A stretch of 64,000 nucleotides of DNA, taken from the NCBI RefSeq assembly GCF_006345805.1, contig NC_043008.1, forward strand, positions 28,582,001 through 28,646,000, in the 5' to 3' direction. Below the pieces are notes generated by a model. The model saw only the letters and a list, made by a program, of their open reading frames with translations, was not told the DNA's origin and made no database searches. Position 1 is the stretch's first letter, and every line of letters starts with the position of its first letter. Source of the DNA: Octopus sinensis. Its lineage: Eukaryota. The position numbers and the translations under genes are program-made. Of this stretch, positions 54,621 to 64,000 are shown one piece after another.

Positions 54621-57600
54621 TTTTTGAATTTTCAGAAAAAGCTTTGTTCCTGACACAAAGATTTATATGATTTGAACAAATAAATTGTTTAAATTTTTTA
54701 AATCAGTTTCAAATACGGACAGTCCCAATTTTTGCTTATATCCTAGCAATGGACCATCCTTGGATGCATCATCATTCCATGAAATGAGTTTATGCAGAAA
54801 CAATTATTGAAAAATCGATATATATCAGAGTGATGAAGAAGCGATGGAAGTATGAAGTGGTCATTAGATGTCCTAAAAGTAAGAAGTTAATCACTCTTAA
54901 ATCACACAAAAAAATAATGTTTTGTGTTAGTTTTTGTGTGATCGTATGAATTCCATGTGTAGATGTTGTAATCCTTTGTCGAACTCTTATAATGCCTATT
55001 CCGTTCTAGCAGTATAGTTAGCTAGACACGTAAGATTACGTCTATCTATCACTTCGTACTCTCTACCATATTCACACTGGCTGACAGTATTTATAATGAC
55101 TACCACACACCATTCATCACGTGGGAGTGTTGTTCTATTATCCCCAGTAGAACGAAAATTCACTAAAATTTACTGAAAATTTCAAAAACCAAAAGAAAGT
55201 CATATAGTTTTATTTACTAGGATCTTGGAATGTCTTTAAAATTTTTGCTTTATTTATATGCAAGTGGCATGCAAATATTCGGTACATAAAATGGATTGAG
55301 TCGTTTGCCACAGAAGTACGTTATGTAGACTTTGACACTGGATCTGATATAGGGTGGAAACAGTCAAACATAGCTGGTTGAGTCATGAGAAAAAGCTTTT
55401 ATTTCATAGTATCTTTAGCGTAACGAAATCTCATTCCCACTGTATTTGCAATGTTTCTAGTATTTTCTCTTTGTTTTCAAATCACAATGTATACTATGGC
55501 GATTGGAATTTTAATATAACTATGTTCGTAGAAGTTAGTGTTAGTAATTTAGCTTGTGGATGATCTTAATGACTAAGGGAGAGAGGAAATATCAGTATGC
55601 AATTTTAGCTGTGTCTGAATAACCAGCAGTAGGATTTTAAACTCAGCATACTCAACTTACAAAGATATTGGCATATCTGAGATCGGGGTATGATAAACGC
55701 TGGGACATACCTAACCATGGTGTTGAAATGGGAAGCGATTCCTGAAATTACGGTTTGAGAAGAATACAATGTCATATGTCTTCGTAGTAGTAGCTTTGAC
55801 GCTGGCCTTGATATACTGCGTCATAAATTATGCGGATGATATGTTAGTGGCATAAATTTAGTATCCAGCTATGAAAATGGTAAACCCGTTACCACTGTAT
55901 GGAATTTATGTGCTAATGTTCTGACGCACCACTCTGCAATAGTGCGATGGAAATACATTGTGTGCTGAAGAAATATTTTTAGTTCCCTGAAATCAGCTTG
56001 TAGCCGTTAGTGTATACTTCTGTTAAGCTAAAGAGTTTTACGCTGTTTTGTGAGTTGCTACTAATGTTTCTTTCTTTTAAAATATTCTATACTTTGTTGT
56101 GTCATATCAATATTATGTTTCTTTTATCATTTTCCGTCCAATTGTCTTTAAAGAATTAAGAATTTATGAGTATATTTCGGAATGATGGTTTTATTGTCTG
56201 GTTGTATTTGTAGGAGTATTTTCGAAAACTCTTCACTTTTCTATGTACACAACCGCTACTTCCGCATGCTTTTTCTCTCTCTTTCTCTCTCTCTCCCCCT
56301 CTGTCTTTAGGTATATATATGTGTGTGTATACAAATATGTTGTTTGGCTACAATTTTTAAATCTTTAGCGAAGAAAATTCACATCACATTACAGGAAATA
56401 TAACCGTGTTAAGCAGAATATTTTGCAGTGTAACATATTCAGTGCCATACAATTCAATTTATTCAGCTTTTTGAAAAATTGTAAGTTAACGTTCGAAAGG
56501 AGTTTCTCCACGATCAAGAGCTGGTCAAGCATTATACAATTAATTATTTATATTTGATAATTTTGGGTATGAAAATATTGAGGTGTATATTGCTTGGTTG
56601 TATTTCATTTCTATCATCGTTGCTAGGAATATTATAATTATGTTATATCGGAATATTTTGTATATAGCTTCCACCTTCTCCTTTTGCTTGTATCCAGTTT
56701 TCCACGAGGCTGATAACTCATATTTTTATGAGTTATCATGTACAAAGCAAACCTTCTCCAAGAAATGATATAAATGTTTAGTAAACTAGCCTGAAATATA
56801 AGCATGGTAATTAATATCGTAGTGTTATAGATTGGCATAAATTCAAGCCTTTAGGTTAAAATATTCTGCGATAGAAGAAATATAATTCAATGTATAAAGT
56901 ACAACAGACCATTAATAACTATATTGAACACTCTACATTTATTGAGTAATATTTCACTTCATATTTCTGAAATAAACAGAGCCGCTGGACACGTTAATAT
57001 TACAGAGCAATCGCAAATACTTCTCTCTACTATTGTTACTTATACTTTCAGTGTTAAATCGACAATGCAGAAATCATGAAATTACGGAGACGTTGCCAGC
57101 TATAAGGGTGACGCATATAAGTGAGGTTACACTGAATGTCCTACATGTCGGAACGATTCAGACAATGATCTATATTAAATAACAAGTGTAATACATACAA
57201 TATTACACACAAAAGAAGTAAAGACAGACAACTTTATTCCATTCTTTACAATGTTCATATGTTGCTTCGTAAGACGAATTAGAAAAACATCAACAGTTAT
57301 CTATTCTTTCGTCTGCTGTCAGATTCGTCAATCAGAAAACAACAGCTATGGAACGAAAAGTTTAGAAGCAAATCTCCAAGACTGAATACATGCAAATATC
57401 GGATTCCTTCATATACGATACAGTATAAACTGCCGCATAATTGTAGAGTTTCAGGAGGATCTAATAGTCTTTGTTCTCAACGACGTCTATAGTAACGATT
57501 AGTTGTGCGAACAAGATTTTCTTCTTTCTCGTTGACGTTAGTTTCTGATAAAATTTACATAATGCCCTTATCTTCATTTGATTAAATGTAACTCAATGTT

Positions 57601-58132
57601 TGCAAAGAACCCGTAGAAAAACGTAGCATGTGACGGTTGGGCTGCAAAAAAATTTCGTATAACAGAACTATGACATGGGTTCTATTATCCAGTGATGTAG
57701 TATGATTCCTTATTCCCTAAATACGTCAGGCATTGACTTTCCATTTAGCTCATTGGTCCTTACATCTAAATCTGAAATGAGTAAGTGATCTGAATCATGC
57801 ACTTAACAGATTAGATATGTTAATCTTCAGAGATGCTTATCGCAATGCTTGTGTAATGAAACTTACTACTTCTTTATAAGATATAAGATAAATTTCACAA
57901 GAAATTCAAAATGGCTCATAAAACAAAACTAAATCTACTACCTGGTGAAGTTATGGGAATATCACACGAAATGTGGCAGCAACAATTCAGTCATTCAATA
58001 GATATTTGTTCTGTTCCTCACCGCTTACACAAGATATCAAATATAATTCTCGTTTATTTCATCAATGAATTTCTCACATATCCGCCATCCATAAATGTTT
58101 TTATGCTCAATGTTCTATATTTACACTTTATA

Positions 58133-58448
<316 letters not shown>

Positions 58449-58857
58449 GTAATAATTTGAATTCGCCTTAAATGGTCCCTTTGCATACTGAATACTTGGT
58501 GAAATTGATTAATTAATTAATTTTACCCTCAATTGTTGAAATTATATATATATATATATATATAGTTAAATATTTTCAATTAGAATATCATATACTGAAT
58601 CTATATTGAGTGCTCTATTGTATCAAAGTATTAATACTATTAAAGTATTTATGTATTTAATACGAGCGATTATATATATTTTTATAATATTTTATTATTA
58701 ATATCAGAAAATCAATATTAGAAAATTTTCAGAAATATGTATACGTGTGTAAAATAACAGTTGTGTAAAAAATATAAATATATATAAATATATGTAAATA
58801 AGTATAAATATATAATATATATGACAGTTCAAAAGTTTTGAATTAAGTATTTATAGC

Positions 58858-58948
58858 ATCTTACGTTCGTTTCGCAGAAGTGTTGTCCCTATAATGGAAT
58901 CCTATATTGATAAGCATTTTATAGACAACTCTTCTGCTCTTCAGAGAT
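58858..58948 (-). ncRNA. Type I hammerhead with long stem II, canonical core
   Basis: atct CTGAAGA gcagaag-a-gttgtc..gacaac-a-cttctgc GAAA c-gaac-g TA agat; GUA triplet. Confidence 0.85.
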
Positions 58949-59666
58949 ATAAAATTTGAATTTTGCATAATATATCGAATGGTAGTTTTTTTAAAATAAT
59001 TTGATAAAAATAACATGATAAAATGGTGTTTGCTTGAAATATGAATTAAAAAGTTAAAATTACTGCTTTTGATTTTGGCAAGTACATCTAAGTATGAGAG
59101 TCTTTAAATCCAAATATGCTTCCTTGGTAATATTTCTGTAATAATAGTTATGTGTAAAATTCATTATATTGTCCTGTATTTCAAATATAGTTCATAGACT
59201 TAGATAATATAGAATAATGGAATCCTATATTGATAAGCATTTATAGATAACTCTTCTGCTCTTCAGAAGTATCAAATGTGAAATTTGTATAATTTAACGT
59301 ACGGTAGTTTCAAACTGTCATATATATTATATATTTATACTTATACATATTTACATATATTTTTATCTATTTATATTTATAATACAACAATTATTTTAGA
59401 CACGTATATATATTTTGAAGAATTTTCTAATATTGGTTTCCTGATATATATATATATATTATATGTGTGTGTGTGTGTATGTGTGTGTGGATGCATATAT
59501 ATATACATAGATACATACATACACATATACATACATATATATGTGTGCGTGTATAGATATATATATATACAAACACATATATGTATGTATGTAGTATCTA
59601 TGTATATATATATATGCATACACACACACACACCACACACACACACACACACATATATACATATAT

Positions 59667-59755
<89 letters not shown>

Positions 59756-59779
59756 TATATCTGTATTTTGATACCTAGA

Positions 59780-60210
59780 ATGTAATTAAACCTCTCCCTA
59801 ATATTGTGCGGATTTGTTATTAAAGTTTTACTTACACATTTCCGTAGAGGCAACTCAATTTTGAATATTCCTTGGAATGTAAGTTTTTCCTATATTTTTG
59901 TGTTTTTAAACTTGGGGTGCCATTTGTACTGTATATACTTGTATACCATTTCTTTGAGTAAGAATCTGATGTTTAGTGAAGGGTAACTATCTTTCCTCAA
60001 ATAATTTTCTAACGAGTTTCGCTGGTGGGCAGACGAACATCGTATAAATATATTGCTACTGTGTGTGTATTCAATAATGTGTGATGAGATCGATACGCGC
60101 GGTAATGTGTGTGCATCTATGTGCATGAGTGTGTTTTTAAATAAATGTGTTAAACGATTGTATATATCTATCATTTTCTCGAAACGGGTTTGATATGTAC
60201 TTGATTTCAA
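59780..60210 (-). pseudogene. Possible decayed PLE endonuclease upstream of the 58.9 kb hammerhead
   Basis: Weak motifs only ([26 protein letters not shown]); position and strand fit a PLE. Confidence 0.3.
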
Positions 60211-61649
60211 ATGCGTAGTGCTTTTGTTATCCTGTTGATAGAGGTTTGCATTAAATATGCAAGATGGATTAGGCTATAATGATGTCTGGAACAGATGCTT
60301 TGAGATTACAAAGTACAATCATTTGAATGTCAATCTAAAAGATATAAATTATATGGTGTATACATCCCTGTACACAGTGCCAACATCCATAAAATGTAAT
60401 TCCTTTTCAAGCCTGTCTGTGCTTCAGTAAATTCAAATCCATGTTTGTATATCTGTGTGTGTTAGTGCGTATGTTATAAAGTAAAAGATTGGTGCAAACC
60501 TTTCTCATGACCCTTTATCACAATTTAGCTGTATTTCACTTCTCATAATTGTAAGAATACATCATATATTCGTAGTTGATATTTTGCTGCATAGCATTGG
60601 TTTACATCACATTTCTGCACTGAGATCTGATTAGAATTCGTTCTTGTTAGATTACTTATCTATAGTTCCTTCACTTGAATTAAAATTTGTTGTGTGTTCT
60701 TCCCATTCTGATTATATTGCTTTGCTGTCACCTCACAATCGCATATAATTTCATTCTCTCGGTACACAGTTTATCATCACTATGATCTTATTTTATTGTC
60801 AGATTTATCTAACTTTTGTACTATCCACCTTACTCGTTTCGTTTTCACGCTTATATTTTTCCCCATTCATTGTGATCTCCAACCGTTCTTACTTATATTT
60901 TTTTAACCATTCTCTGTTTGTCATAATATAGATATTTGTATTCTCCATTTCATTTATACATTTGCCATATGTAAGAGATATCATAACATATGTCGACGCA
61001 ATTGAAATGTATGCAAACACACATAATTTTATCTCATAAGTATACATCCACGTATACAGACGCATCCACATACGCACGCACACACACACACGTATACAAA
61101 CATACACACTCGTATACATGCATATTGTTCCTGGGGTGCATGTTCTTATGTAGGATTTGTGGGAAGGCTAATGATGAATGCATATATGTGATCGGATTTA
61201 AGAACCAGTGAGGCAATTCGCATCTTGTTTTTATTAATTTGCATTATACCAAAAGAATATCGGAAAATAAGAAAAAGGTGGGAATATTGCTTGCAGTTAC
61301 ATACAAACACACACACACACAAACACACACACACATATAAATACATATATACATACACACACATACATATATATTATATACATACAAAAAAACCTTTTCG
61401 AGTAGGAGTGTGTATGCATGTATGTATGTAGTGCTAGAAAGAACGAGAGATGATAAAGTATTGATGATCCCAAAAGGAAGGTGCGCATGCATAGTGTATG
61501 TGAGAGTGTGTAAGTGTATGTGAGCGTGTGCATATTATGATGTGTGGTGTGGGTGTGTGATGTGTTGGGTTATCAATGAAGAGAGAATATGGGCAGGAAG
61601 AAGAGAGGAAGTAGGTGTCAGATGAAGTGAGGAGAGGAGGGGCATCAGA

Positions 61650-61790
61650 TGAAGACGGGAGTTGAGCCCATGTAGGGCAAGGGAGCGAAAAGAGAAGATG
61701 AATTCCTGTACACGGCGATGGCGGGAGTCTGGTGCACCCCTGAGCAAAGACAATTCAAACACAGACATGTATATACGTATATATATATGA
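61650..61790 (-). pseudogene. C-terminal end of a Neptune-like PLE endonuclease
   Basis: SRHRRVQEFIFSFRSLALHGLN resembles the R..E..IF.L..L.P.GLN terminus and is followed by a CT-rich UTR. Confidence 0.45.
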
Positions 61791-63242
61791 ATATGAGTAT
61801 GCATACACATGTTATATACCACAGTTACATTTTTCAGGAAATCTGGTAGTCATCCAACTGAACTAATCAGTATATCCCTATTTACAGATTTACTCCACAA
61901 AATTAATATGGCACTTCCGGCTTGTCTCTCTCCGACACTCAACAGCTATAATCATATAAAATATAGCAACTGAATTTTGTCAATGAGTATACAACAGTTC
62001 AGTTCATTTATAGCACAATTGCATTGCTTTTGATGAAAAATATGGTGTCATACATTTTCTGAGATGAAGGTTTACTGCATCAACTTAACTGATTTGAAAG
62101 ATGTTCGTTAATAAAAGTTGTTTTGCTCACTTTTACATTAAAGTCTAGTAAAATATCTTTAGCCTTCTCTTTATGATACAGATAAGCACTAGTAAGACAT
62201 TATTAGTGTATTATATAAAGGTAGTTTGCCCAAGTAATTATTATTCATTGTAAGTTTAGGAATATTTTGTGAATTTCTATTTTACTGTGATTTTTCTCTT
62301 ACAAGCCAAGTATTTTCTCCACTGTATCTAAAATATTGCCAGAGGAAAAGTGGAAATATATAAACTCACAACACACATGGTCAAACATACTTTCCAGTTG
62401 TCCAGTTTTTTTTACTAATGTAGTACGTCATTTTCAACATCTTACAAGGGCACAATGCAGCATACTTCACAATAAAATGACAATATCATAGGTTCTGGGA
62501 CACCAGAAAAAAATTGTGCGTCGAGGATGTAGCAATTGTAATTAATAAATATTTGTGGAATGGTTTACATTATATTTATGCATATGTATGCGCGTGTGTT
62601 TGTATGCATGCATATATGTAACATGTATATAACGTAAAATGCAAAGGGGTATGAAGACAAGAAGATATAGAAATCATTAGATTATCCTTACATCTGGATA
62701 TGATTTTCTGATTCTTTATCCGTTATATTATCATATGCAAACACTGACGCTTAAGCCAAATTTTACGGGTTATGGTGGCTTATGTTTATATATATATACA
62801 TATATATATATATATGAATTCAACTCAACTTAACTCAAGCCAACACAAACTCTCCTTGTTTTTAATCTCAAAACTTTTGAACTCTACAATCCTACTATGC
62901 TACTCTTTTACTACCATCGGAGGATAAATTTATACAAATCTATATAAAACCTGGAGAAAGAAATATAACCCAACACTAAACCCAAGACTAGTTCTAAAAC
63001 TAGTCCCGTGAGTACAATTCTTCTTTCTTTTTTCTTGATCTGCTTTAAACACACTACTCATCCTGATTGTACTAAATACACTGAACTCTCTCACACACAA
63101 GCCACGCATTTCCGAGTATATCGACACAAACTTTTCAACGGTGTATTCACTATTTTACATGAAGCCATCAATAACTGGTGTACATACACTTATACACGCA
63201 TACACATACATATATATATTACACAACACTATTTCACTGAAT

Positions 63243-64000
63243 ATGGCCAATAATATTCTAAAACGCCGCTGGGTTGAAAATGAAATTACTACAATGATTA
63301 ACGCTTGGTTAATCCATTACAACGAAGCTAATGTTTACAGTAAAATAACTGAGGACTTAGCGAAAAAATCCCTTAACAGATCTGTAAAACAGATCGAAAT
63401 CAAAATAAAAGAGCACATGGCTACACTAGAAGCCATTCTTGCCAATGAATGCAGTGCACCAAATGACCAAATTCCAACAGGTCAGGGGACACTTCAACAG
63501 CAACAATCAACTGACCTACTTCCATTGGCACCAGCAATTGACGAACCAAATCAAGTTTCACTGCCGCTACAGCAACAAAAACTACAACAACAACAACACT
63601 CTAATACTGCTATAAGTCAAGTTTCAATGCTGCTACAACAACAGCCGCTACAGCAACAAAAACTGCAACAACAACAACACTCTAATACTGCTACAAGTCA
63701 AGTTTCAATGCTGCTACAACAACAACAACTCTCTACTACTGCTACTACAGCCAGAATAGAAAAGTCACTACTACGTCCACATAAAACTACCTGCCGTTAC
63801 TACTCTCAAGGCAGCTGCAGATTCGGCCATATTCTGGCAAGACAGAACCCACTATCACAAAATCAACAACCTGCTTCTGACACTACATTGAAACAACAAA
63901 ACTCAGCTACTGCCACTACAGCCAGAATAGAAAAACCACTACTACAACCACATAAACCCCCCTGCCGTTACTATTCTAATGGCAACTGTGCTTTTTCCTA
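63243..64000 (+). CDS. Open ORF running off the window: Myb/SANT-like (trihelix) domain, Gln-rich repeats, two CCCH-like finger motifs
   Basis: 252 stop-free codons checked by hand: MANNILKRRWVENEITTMINAW..VYSKITEDLAKKSLNRSVKQIEIKIKEH..QQQKLQQQQHSNTA repeats..CRYYSQGSCRFG..CRYYSNGNCAFS. Absent from the ORF track because no stop lies within the window. Confidence 0.7.
   Translation, partial: MANNILKRRWVENEITTMINAWLIHYNEANVYSKITEDLAKKSLNRSVKQIEIKIKEHMATLEAILANECSAPNDQIPTGQGTLQQQQSTDLLPLAPAIDEPNQVSLPLQQQKLQQQQHSNTAISQVSMLLQQQPLQQQKLQQQQHSNTATSQVSMLLQQQQLSTTATTARIEKSLLRPHKTTCRYYSQGSCRFGHILARQNPLSQNQQPASDTTLKQQNSATATTARIEKPLLQPHKPPCRYYSNGNCAFS

Noticed and set aside
55770-55855. VINYADDML RT-like motif
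   Set aside because: An isolated motif; flanking RT domains are not recognisable.

Overview
AT-rich, microsatellite-dense animal DNA. The tRNA-derived SINEs look like octopus OK/OR-type SINEs, so a coleoid cephalopod origin is inferred, not proven. No host gene can be called confidently, and most ORF-track entries are microsatellite translations. The window is a pile of mobile elements: about 10 Penelope-like element (PLE) fragments and pseudo-LTRs (pLTRs), a Hero-type RLE LINE, an RTE LINE, three Tc1/mariner relics, two Helitrons, SINEs, MITE-like foldbacks and a TRIM-like mini LTR element. The main signal is a set of type I hammerhead ribozymes (HHRs) in PLE 3' regions. They show three different Watson-Crick pairs at the tertiary 3-8 core position: canonical C3-G8, U3-A8 (9805-9844) and a swapped G3-C8 core (26078-26128 and 28147-28197; G3-U8 at 36629-36669). 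Stem III palindromes differ between families. An uninterrupted ORF missed by the ORF track (63243 to the window end) encodes a Myb/SANT-like domain, Gln-rich repeats and CCCH-like fingers. All structures were read by eye, and coordinates of degenerate elements are approximate.
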